NCBI GenBank assembly: GCA_008369845.1
Contig: MRSU01004520.1
Location: forward strand, 1 to 38,672
Direction: 5' to 3'
Source of the DNA: Trichomonas gallinae
Taxonomy: Eukaryota
Length of the DNA: 38,672 nucleotides
Below are positions 1 to 8,503 of the stretch, one piece after another; within the stretch, counting starts at the first letter, position 1, and each line of letters begins with the position of its first letter. A model generated the notes under the pieces. It saw nothing but the letters and a program-made list of their open reading frames with translations, had not been told where the DNA came from and made no database searches. Both the position numbers and the translations under genes were made by a program.

Positions 1-198
1 TACGTCCCAGAGTACGAGGATATCGATTGGGAAGGCCTCAACTTCACAAAGGAGCAGTTCGAGGAAGTCATGAAGCAGGATAAGGAGAAGATCAAGGCCC
101 AGATCGCTGCTAACGACGAATACCTCACAAAGACAATCGGCCACGTTTCCCAGGAACTCCTCGACGTTTCTCAGGAAATCCTCAAGCGCTGCCAGTAA
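1..198 (+). CDS. PEPCK: Phosphoenolpyruvate carboxykinase (GTP), C-terminal 65 aa; gene starts before the window
   Basis: Frame 1 reads YVPEYEDIDWEGLNFTKEQFEEVMKQDKEKIKAQIAANDEYLTKTIGHVSQELLDVSQEILKRCQ*. This matches the GTP-PEPCK C-terminus (P..EDIDW.GL.F..EQF..L...D). Strong C/G-ending codon bias typical of a highly expressed gene; the stop is embedded in TAAA. Confidence 0.8.
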   Translation, partial: YVPEYEDIDWEGLNFTKEQFEEVMKQDKEKIKAQIAANDEYLTKTIGHVSQELLDVSQEILKRCQ

Positions 199-751
199 AT
201 ATGTGCTCTCTCTGATTATTTTTAATTACAAACTTATTTCTTTTTCATTATATTTAGACAAATCAAAAAGTTATAATAGCACTAAATCATTCTAGGTTTC
301 AACTATACCGAAAATGTAGAATTATGTATATCTCATCGATTGAAAATTCTACAATTTTGAAAATTTGGAAATAAAATTGCATATTGAATGATGAATTATG
401 AAAGAAATGGAGGATATTTTGATGATGTTCTTTCCTATTAGCTGCAATCAGTGAAAGAATCAGTATGAAAAATTGCATTTTTCTAGAAAAAGAAAAAATT
501 ACGATAAACTTTCGTGATTTTTGCTTGATTTTTATTAAAATACCATAAAAATCAAAAAATGAAATCCACATATTATAAATAAAATACATAAAGTAATCAA
601 AAACATAAAACAATTGGGGCAAACGCTTAAATTATTGAATTATCAAAATTTTTATCTTTAATAAATACCAATTTTATACTAACAAACAGCACAAGGTTGA
701 GAAATTAACAACAATTTTTATACTTAGATTTACTGTTTTAGTCCGTATAAT

Positions 752-1360
752 TTATAATTCAATCTTTGGGTTCTTCTCAGCGGAAGCCTTAACGTTCTCA
801 AGGACGAAGTTCCAGTTAACGTAATTCCAGAAGTTCTTGAAGTACTCAGCCTTTCTGTTCTCGTAGTTGATGTACCAAGCGTGTTCCCAAGTATCGATTG
901 TGAGGATTGGGATGTTACCATTCTTGAGTGGATTCATAGCGTTAGAGAATTGGCCGATTTCATACTTCAATGTCTCCTGATTCTTGAACAAATAGCACCA
1001 GCCTGAGCCAAAGAGTGTTGAAGCCTTATCGATGAACTGCTTCTTGAATTCGTCAACTGAGCCGAAGTTCTGTGTGAAGAATTCGACGAGCTCCTGTGGA
1101 ATTTCTTGAGTCTCATCTGTCAAGCACTTCCAGAAGAAGCAGTGGTTGTAGTGCTGGGCGACATTGTTGAAGAGGCCACCTGATGAGCCTCTGATTACTT
1201 CAGCGATAGACTTTCCCTCGAACTCTGTGCCTTTGATCAATTTGTTTGCGTTGTCGATATATGCCTGATGATGCTTTGTCACGTGGATTTCAACGGCGTG
1301 CTGGCTCAAGAAAGCTCCGAGGCCAGTTTTAAGGTAAGGAATCGTGATCATTGAGAACAT
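752..1360 (-). CDS. SOD: Iron superoxide dismutase
   Basis: Metal-ligand motifs HVTKHH, FNNVAQHYNH (AQ is the Fe-type signature), FGSGW and DTWEHAWY. Inr-like TCATTTT lies about 22 nt upstream of the ATG on the minus strand. Confidence 0.97.
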   Translation of the reverse strand: MFSMITIPYLKTGLGAFLSQHAVEIHVTKHHQAYIDNANKLIKGTEFEGKSIAEVIRGSSGGLFNNVAQHYNHCFFWKCLTDETQEIPQELVEFFTQNFGSVDEFKKQFIDKASTLFGSGWCYLFKNQETLKYEIGQFSNAMNPLKNGNIPILTIDTWEHAWYINYENRKAEYFKNFWNYVNWNFVLENVKASAEKNPKIEL

Positions 1361-2001
1361 TTTCCTATATATGTAAAAATGATGTCATCTGTCACGTTTT
1401 CTCACAATCTATTGTTTGTCACTTTTTTAGTTAGCTACACAAAATTTTTTGTTTATTTGTTAAATTTCTAAAATATTTGGAAAATTATATCCAAATATCA
1501 AATAATTTTGCATTTTTATAATTTTTATTTTAACCTTATTTTGTCGAGAGAAGTATTATTCAGCAAACTTTTTTTGTGACATTAATATAATCATCTAGCT
1601 ATTGCTCTAATATAGTTTACTATGTAAAGTAATAAAATAACATAGATATAAGCGAAAATAATAATATAAATTGACAAATAATTTTAAATTAAAAACTAAT
1701 ATCTTCAAATCAATGCCATAATACTACATTGCATTTAAATCGATAAGGCATAAATATATTCATATTTAAACATAGATAAATTGTTAATATTTAATCTGAG
1801 TTGATTAATTATTGATGGAATTCATTACTTGGAACAATGGATAGTTTTCATTATATCAAGTAGAGTATATACAGAGTCATTCTGGTAAAGACAAACTATT
1901 TTGAAAATAAATTTTATTCTGTAGATCTCGAAATGAGTCAGTATTAGAGTGTAAGAACATATAGAAGAAATAATGTGTAAATCCCGCATTATTTAAAATA
2001 A

Positions 2002-3765
2002 TTAAATCAAATCTGTTTGAACAGTTGTTGTAGTTGCTTCTGCATTGTGTCTACGCTTTCTGATACGCAATAAAATTGTAGTGATGAGACAAATTAATAC
2101 AATTACAGCACATATTGGAATAACAATAGCCAAAATCAGTTTCTTGTTGGATTTTTCAGGAGCTGACTCACTGAAATCAATTGATTCGTATCCCTGCATA
2201 TCTGGTCCAAGATAATTCATTACTTTTTGCATCAAAACCAAATCTGGGCAAATATAAGTTACTCCGTTAGCATTAACCTTCTCACCATTCTTGCATTGAT
2301 GCTCGTTGTCTTCCAAATCTAAGAAAGTCAAAATTGAATTATTAAGGGAAGAATTAGTACAGAAAGCTTGGAGACCAGCATCATTTATATAATGCATAGC
2401 CCATTGATTCTTTTGGCATGGAACCTTCGGATTCTTTAACATTGCAAAATCATATGATTTTGTTGTTCCACAGATTCCGTCTGGTGGAATATATAAGTTT
2501 TTGTATTTAACAATACCGAATCTATCCTCTGTGACGTTGTAAGGAAGAATTCTCACGAAAGGTGTGTATCCTCTGAGATCGTGAGAGACAAATGAAGAGT
2601 TTGGCTCATATATGTATCTCTTAGGGAAAGTCTTGTATGTTGGCTTGCTTCCCATATTATGAATTTCATCATTCGTCAAAAGATTATCTGATAACCAAGT
2701 AATCTTCTCGCACATGCTCCAATTGACTGAATAGTAGCCTATATCTGCAATCAATGAGCACATTACAGGAGAAATGACACCGTCTAATGGATTGACTCCG
2801 ACCATTGCATCTTGTCTATATATAGTTGCCTTTGGATGTGTATATTCTGTTCCTTGGCCACCTAAATCTTCGAATTCAAGGCATAGCTCTCTTCCATCAT
2901 CAGTTTTAGTGCGTTTAAGATATTTTTGTGCAACTTTCTTCGCATATGGCGTGCAAACCATCATATGCTTTTTTCCATACGTGTCATTATATTCTTTAAT
3001 GGTCTCATTAGGTCTCATTCTGTATCCAGTCTCTTGATTGATCCAAAATGGAATGAAAACGTTAATCATGCCAATAGAGTGCATAAGCTCATGGAACATG
3101 ACATTAAAGAATGAACGAGGCACCGTGTCGTAGTTTTGAGTCATAGTTGGGATAAATCTTGCGGAAAGAACAATTTGCGATTGCGTTGGCCTATAATTCT
3201 CGGAATCGTAATTGGTGACAAATGAGCCAGCTATTGTAGAAGCTTTGAATGGTCTAACCCAGAATTTAACATAATGATCGACATCCATCGTTTCCGGAGG
3301 GAAATAGCTCAGATCACTGTTGTTATATCCCCTAAGTTTAAGAACCTTGTGTCGAACACTCATTAGTCTTTCAACATATTTTCGAACATTATCTAATGTT
3401 TCGTTTAAAACCTTCTTTTTGACATCAGTAAAGACATCCTCCTCTTTGCATGTATAGTCTGTGTTTTGGGACCAATTAACTTCTTGTCCAACGAATTTGC
3501 ATTGATTTGGATCATCGCCTTCAAGTATTTGTTCCAAATCAAAGAAAACTTTGAAAGGTGTTCGCTCTTTTATATCCTGTTGTATGTCTTTAATTGCTGG
3601 TACATTATAGAATTGATCTTCTTGATCATCCAACAATTTTCTCATAGATTTTTTATGATAAACACCTGGAAGATGAAGGTTTGGAGTGAATTCTGTGTTC
3701 GCGTACAAATCTATGTCATCTTTTACAGTTTGCAGTGAGAAAACAGCAAAAAGAAGAAAATTCAT
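2002..3765 (-). CDS. GP63/leishmanolysin-like (M8) surface metalloprotease, type I membrane protein
   Basis: N-terminal hydrophobic signal (MNFLLFAVFSL), zinc motif HELMH, EDLGGQGTEYTH (third-ligand His), Met-turn DAMVG, C-terminal TM (LILAIVIPICAVIVLICLITTILL) followed by RIRKRR. Confidence 0.92.
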   Translation of the reverse strand: MNFLLFAVFSLQTVKDDIDLYANTEFTPNLHLPGVYHKKSMRKLLDDQEDQFYNVPAIKDIQQDIKERTPFKVFFDLEQILEGDDPNQCKFVGQEVNWSQNTDYTCKEEDVFTDVKKKVLNETLDNVRKYVERLMSVRHKVLKLRGYNNSDLSYFPPETMDVDHYVKFWVRPFKASTIAGSFVTNYDSENYRPTQSQIVLSARFIPTMTQNYDTVPRSFFNVMFHELMHSIGMINVFIPFWINQETGYRMRPNETIKEYNDTYGKKHMMVCTPYAKKVAQKYLKRTKTDDGRELCLEFEDLGGQGTEYTHPKATIYRQDAMVGVNPLDGVISPVMCSLIADIGYYSVNWSMCEKITWLSDNLLTNDEIHNMGSKPTYKTFPKRYIYEPNSSFVSHDLRGYTPFVRILPYNVTEDRFGIVKYKNLYIPPDGICGTTKSYDFAMLKNPKVPCQKNQWAMHYINDAGLQAFCTNSSLNNSILTFLDLEDNEHQCKNGEKVNANGVTYICPDLVLMQKVMNYLGPDMQGYESIDFSESAPEKSNKKLILAIVIPICAVIVLICLITTILLRIRKRRHNAEATTTTVQTDLI

Positions 3766-4043
3766 TGAAATGACAAAACTGTCAGTTTGACATTACGAAA
3801 ATTCTGACTTTTTGACAATTCAAGAGTAAATTTTAATTAGACTGCTTTTTATAGAAAGACTCCATTTTAACTGGAAATTTCTTCAAGATCAGATACAAAA
3901 AGAACCTGCTTTGATTTCGTTTCCATGTGAATCATTACACATATTCCTATAGCATGAGTGGATACTATGGGCAGAATACTAACCCGAATCCTACTCTACA
4001 TTTTTAGCAAAGTACCTTTCTCATATTTCAACTTTACATTTAG

Positions 4044-4384
4044 TATTTGACATTTTACATGACATATTACTTTTTCTAATAAAGATATTCGGTATAAGTG
4101 GTTAGGTGACAGAGGCTTCTCACTTAGCTTTGCCCATATTCAGAAAATAAGTAAATATGCCCATAATGAGTAATAGTTTTCCTAATATTTGACATTTGAC
4201 ATTTTACATGACATAAGAACTTTGCAATCTGATATTTTGCAAGAAGGAAGGGTGACGGAAGCTTTGAACATAGTTTTACCCCATATTCAGAATACAAGTA
4301 GATATGCCCACAATGGGTAATTCTATAGGGGTCCAACAGATTTTCTTACAACAATATATTATATTTGACATTTTACACGACATA
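4044..4384. repeat. Imperfect tandem repeat (about 2.2 units of 150-170 bp) in the divergent GP63/Med23 promoter region
   Basis: TTTGACATTTTACA(T/C)GACATA at 4046, 4195 and 4364. The block GGTGAC.GA.GCTT...CCCATATTCAGAA.A.AAGTA.ATATGCCCA.AATG.GTAAT occurs twice. Confidence 0.9.
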
Positions 4385-4514
4385 TTTTCTCAAAAAGTGG
4401 CCGATTCAACAAAAAATGCAAACATGATATTCCTGTCGCTTTAGAAGACTTTAATTTAAGTTTGATAAAAATATTGTCACTTTTTCTTCTAGTAGTCTTT
4501 TTGACATATTTAGA

Positions 4515-7469
4515 ATGTTAGCGAGGACTGAAGTCCCTAAAGGCAACAGACTGCTACAAATCATTATAAGGGGCTTAAATGGTGCTGAAACTAACTTAAA
4601 AACGATTTTTGACTTGATTGGAGAATCAACAACAGATTCATTAATTCCATGTTACGATTATATATGTTCATGGATGTCAACAACACTCGGAGAAGACAAT
4701 GACCACTCGTTTTTAAAAAAACAGCAAATCGCATATTTTACAATGAATCAAATCCTGGATAAATTGCCTCCAGTTTTGATGTTATCAGGATTAGCTGATA
4801 TAGGTTCAACATTTCAATATCTGGGCCTCTTTGTTTCGCAAGGAAGTCAATCTTACGAAAAACGTATAACACAACTTTACAATAACATCATTTCGTTCTA
4901 CTCAAATTACTTCATATACAGATACCCTTCGATTACAGGGACAGATGATGACATAGTTATCTCAAAAATGCCGAATTTGTTATTTACTTACGAATCTAAC
5001 AATAGTTATCAAGATTACCTACAGCAGCACTTCACACGCATGATATTTGGAAAGTATCCAGTAGCAACATTCAAAAGATTTTTGAAACATCAAAATGCAA
5101 AAATTATTCTAACGCAAACAGTCATTTCTATCATTAAAGAACTGAATTATTCAAGGACTGCTACACATTACCAACTATTACATTCATTTTCTATATTATT
5201 TTTATATATTCACTCATTTGTCATGGCAAAATACGTAGATGGACAAACAATTTGCGATTATATCAGATCAAGACCATTTTTATCACCGTTTTGCTTGCTT
5301 GCCATTGCTAATCACATTCCACAAGTGTTTTATTTATTCAATTTGCTTCTTCCTCAAGAACTGGCAGCAGGGAACTGCTCAATGGAAGATGCAGAGAGAA
5401 TCATTGCAAAAAACTATCCAATGGTTGATTATTCAAATGATAATTCGTTAAATGATTTAATTGCACAAATTCCTAGAATTTTGCTTGTATATTTCTTGAA
5501 CATACAGTTTCCTGCCGAAAACATAAGCGAAAATCCGCAGGAAAGCGAGTTAATAACAATGCTTCATATTTCGGGGGCTGCTATTTACGACAAAATGAAA
5601 ACACTGATACATTATGCCAATATCGGTGAAGTTACACCTCCAGTAATATCAGCTCTCAGCTCACAACTCTTAAGTTGTATCACTTTAAGTTTCCAAAGAA
5701 CGTTTATTGAGTGCTTCACATCTGGAATGTTTACATACAAATTGTCATTGTTCTTCAAAAATGTGCTCGCAATCGTTCTTCCTTCACTTGGTGACCAAAT
5801 AATTATTCGATTCTACGATTTAGCAAAAGCTGAGCCACAGAATGGAGACATAATCATAAGAGGTGCTTTGTCGTATACAATGGCAGACTTCTATAATTAC
5901 GCAGACACTTCTCTAATTATTTCATATTGTCTTCAAGTTATTAACGAAAAAGAAATCACGCCGCCTGTTCGTTTGTTCATATCCAACTTCCTCAAGTCGG
6001 GTCCACCGATTCTCAAGAACGGAATTGAAGAACATTTATTGAAATGCAGCGATATTTGCATTTTGCTTGATTTCATTCACTCCATAGAGTCAGAAAACCA
6101 CTGCAACAGAGGTGACGAAAGTGAAAAGCTTAGAAATATAAGATTATCTTTAATCGCAAAACTTCCATTTGTTTGCGATGGTTATCCGCTCGTTATCACT
6201 GGAGTAAACTCAGCTAAGGCCGAATCCCCACTCAGCTCTAAGATAGTCCAATTAGTTTCCTCAGTTTTCAACAATCCAACTCCAACGGAACTCATCAACC
6301 AACTCAGACTCGCAGGAACAAACGGAAGCTTAGTTTTGCGCGTTGTCGCTTCGTCGTCTCTTATACAGCACTCGAATATTGCGAACGCTGCAGTCGACTA
6401 CGCGTGCGAAGTGTTCGGAGCAAGCTACGATGGAAACAGTTCCACATTGGAAGCATTTTATATCTCTTCGCCGATGCTTCATCTTCCTATTGCGCAGATT
6501 TTGCTGGAATCATTGATAAGAATCGGATTCGAAGACCAAGCTCTGAGGCTTTTGCAAGTCATCACTCCAGCTTTGCAGAGGGATCAGATGCCATTGCACT
6601 GGCTATCGAAGGTACTACCGAATATATCAAATCACCTCACTCAAAGATCATGTGTCGCTTTCGCCTCAATTCTCGAAGGACTAAATATCGGAATTCCTCT
6701 TCCACAAGGACCAGAGCGTGGTAAGACAATTATAATGTCGATGGTGAACTCAATGAACTCTAAGATTGTCGATGATTTCCAGTCCAGCGGCGAGTACAGG
6801 AACAGATATGAAATCATGAAAGCGATCGGCGTCTGCTCGTTCATTTTGATAAGAACAGGATATGAAGTAGACGAACTGATCTCACCTGTCAAGGACTTAC
6901 TGGCTTATTGGCCTGATAGGATAAAGTGCATTAAGTGCAGCGCTGAAATCGCATGTTCTCTAGCTGATGACATGGCGTTCAAATACTTCATTAATGTGTT
7001 CAACTGCCCAGACTCAGCTTTCAGTCAGACAGCGATAACAACATTCTTGATACTAAGTCCGTTAAGCGTGTTCATGAAAATTGCTTCTTCGTCGAAAGAA
7101 ATAATCGGCGGCGACCACCTAAGACTTAAGCGACTGATGGCGCATGTAATACCTTCGTTCATGAGGCTGGAAGGTTCCCCTGATGTCGCCACAAGAATGC
7201 TGAGTGGAATGCTTGAGTCTGTCAACAAAGAGACACCAGAAGAAGTCCTCGAACAGTTGATTGACATTGTTGGCTGGATGTATTTCACTCTAAGACTCCA
7301 AAAATCTAGGACTGTGCTCATCAATTCATCATCAGCTTTCCCACCTAAATATAGGATGATCATTGCCACTTCTCTTGATGTTGATGCTTCATCTAAATTC
7401 CAGGGAAGAGAAAACAGCGAAGTTTCTCGATCAGATGATATTCCTACAGGCATGTTTTCATGGAATTAA
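4515..7469 (+). CDS. 984-aa alpha-helical protein, probable divergent Mediator subunit Med23
   Basis: Long open ORF. Several segments line up in order with Med23 motifs recalled from memory: KMKTLIH...VTPPVISALSSQLL; ESEKLRNIRLSLIAK; FY...LHLPIAQILLE...LLQVI...QRDQMPLHWL..VL....HL; GEYRN; C-terminal HVIPSFMRL...LEQLIDIV. Confidence 0.62.
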   Translation: MLARTEVPKGNRLLQIIIRGLNGAETNLKTIFDLIGESTTDSLIPCYDYICSWMSTTLGEDNDHSFLKKQQIAYFTMNQILDKLPPVLMLSGLADIGSTFQYLGLFVSQGSQSYEKRITQLYNNIISFYSNYFIYRYPSITGTDDDIVISKMPNLLFTYESNNSYQDYLQQHFTRMIFGKYPVATFKRFLKHQNAKIILTQTVISIIKELNYSRTATHYQLLHSFSILFLYIHSFVMAKYVDGQTICDYIRSRPFLSPFCLLAIANHIPQVFYLFNLLLPQELAAGNCSMEDAERIIAKNYPMVDYSNDNSLNDLIAQIPRILLVYFLNIQFPAENISENPQESELITMLHISGAAIYDKMKTLIHYANIGEVTPPVISALSSQLLSCITLSFQRTFIECFTSGMFTYKLSLFFKNVLAIVLPSLGDQIIIRFYDLAKAEPQNGDIIIRGALSYTMADFYNYADTSLIISYCLQVINEKEITPPVRLFISNFLKSGPPILKNGIEEHLLKCSDICILLDFIHSIESENHCNRGDESEKLRNIRLSLIAKLPFVCDGYPLVITGVNSAKAESPLSSKIVQLVSSVFNNPTPTELINQLRLAGTNGSLVLRVVASSSLIQHSNIANAAVDYACEVFGASYDGNSSTLEAFYISSPMLHLPIAQILLESLIRIGFEDQALRLLQVITPALQRDQMPLHWLSKVLPNISNHLTQRSCVAFASILEGLNIGIPLPQGPERGKTIIMSMVNSMNSKIVDDFQSSGEYRNRYEIMKAIGVCSFILIRTGYEVDELISPVKDLLAYWPDRIKCIKCSAEIACSLADDMAFKYFINVFNCPDSAFSQTAITTFLILSPLSVFMKIASSSKEIIGGDHLRLKRLMAHVIPSFMRLEGSPDVATRMLSGMLESVNKETPEEVLEQLIDIVGWMYFTLRLQKSRTVLINSSSAFPPKYRMIIATSLDVDASSKFQGRENSEVSRSDDIPTGMFSWN

Positions 7470-8005
7470 TATTTTCGTTGCTTACAAGCCATAGCTTCCT
7501 ATGAATGGAAGTTTTTGGAAAAATATGACATTATGACACGTAAAATGTCAAATGTAACCGAAGAGTGTCAAATGCAAAACAAATTTAATACTCAGATGAA
7601 AAAACGTGGATAACATCCTCCAGACCGTCACTGACATCACATATAAGAAGAGCGTAGTCATGAAAACAATGAAAATCATATTTTTAAATCTCCACTTGGA
7701 TTCAAAATGCATTAATCTCTAGAAATATTCAAGAATATCACCTGGAACAAGCCTGTTGGAGCCATATTTAGAGTTGAAATGTAATTAGGGCACAAATTTA
7801 ATTCATTTAAATTTTTATTGTCGTTTTCGATCATGAAAGTTGTATCAAACGATGTATAAACTTTTTGTTATATTGTATGTTGTATAAAATAGATCATTTT
7901 AAAATGGACAAATTAAAAAAAGCTTTTTTTCCAAATTAGTTCACATAAATAAAATCTGTTTAACAAATGCAATAATAAAAACTCAAAAAAATACTATTGC
8001 ATCAA

Positions 8006-8337
8006 TTGGCAGAAAAAATTAATTTACATGTCATAAATTTTAAACGTATATTTTAATAAATTCCCAAGATCAATAAGGTTGTGTTTTCCAAATCTTAGTG
8101 AGACTAAAAATCAAATATTTTAGGAATTTCGCTTTAGAAGTAAAAGTGACGTTATCTACGCAATATTATTTTTCTATTTGGCCCAAAAATTTACTATACG
8201 AAATTCTCAGAGAGTTCCTGTATATAATGAATTAAAAAATATAGTTGGCAAAAAAATATTTTACATGTCATAAATCCCTAAACGTAAAATAAATCTCCAA
8301 ATGTCGCAGATTTTATTTTCCAAACCTTAATTAGACT
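8006..8337. repeat. Direct repeat, two diverged ~95-100 bp copies (8006-8105, 8245-8337) upstream of the DHHC gene
   Basis: TTGGCA.AAAAA...TTTACATGTCATAAAT...TAAACGTA...AATAAAT..CCAA...TTTTCCAAA.CTTA...AGACT is present in both copies, spaced about 238 bp apart. Confidence 0.88.
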
Positions 8338-8503
8338 CTATTTTTGGTTTTCCCTTATATAACAAATTAACAATAAAGAAAAACAAAGAAAAATCAAAGA
8401 GACACTTTTTGATAACTACTTATTAGATAACAGGAATTACGAAGATATACGAATGGGTTATGTAAATTTTTTGTGAAATGCTCTGAAAAAGTGAAAAAAT
8501 TAC

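Noticed and set aside
299..622. 107-aa minus-strand ORF, and similar F/I/K/Y-rich ORFs at 10012-10272, 29935-30156, 34931-35173 and 34970-35179
   Set aside because: Composition mirrors AT-rich intergenic DNA; no motifs, and some use non-ATG starts.
730..921. 63-aa alternative-frame ORF in SOD, and alternative/antisense ORFs over RPS13 (35482-35853, 35615-35950)
   Set aside because: Expected by-product of strong codon bias in highly expressed genes.
4124..4336. 70-aa ORF with an internal repeat (ITH.GHIYL.SEYG twice)
   Set aside because: It is simply the translation of the non-coding tandem repeat and has a TTG start.
4046..4384. Repeat-spacer look of the 21-bp motif (also 16332-16455 and 33205-33420) as a CRISPR array
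   Set aside because: Eukaryotic context, no cas genes, irregular spacing, and the spacers are themselves duplicated or low complexity.
5097..5121. 25-nt GC...TCTAACGCAAACAG intron-like segment inside the Med23-like ORF
   Set aside because: Non-consensus 5' site and branch-to-AG spacing; removal would frameshift an otherwise open 984-aa frame.
4362..7553. ~35-bp inverted similarity (4362-4396 versus 7512-7553) flanking the Med23-like gene, resembling transposon TIRs
   Set aside because: The shared sequence is the window-wide TTTGACATTTTAC motif. There is no TSD or transposase, and the enclosed gene looks like a host housekeeping gene.
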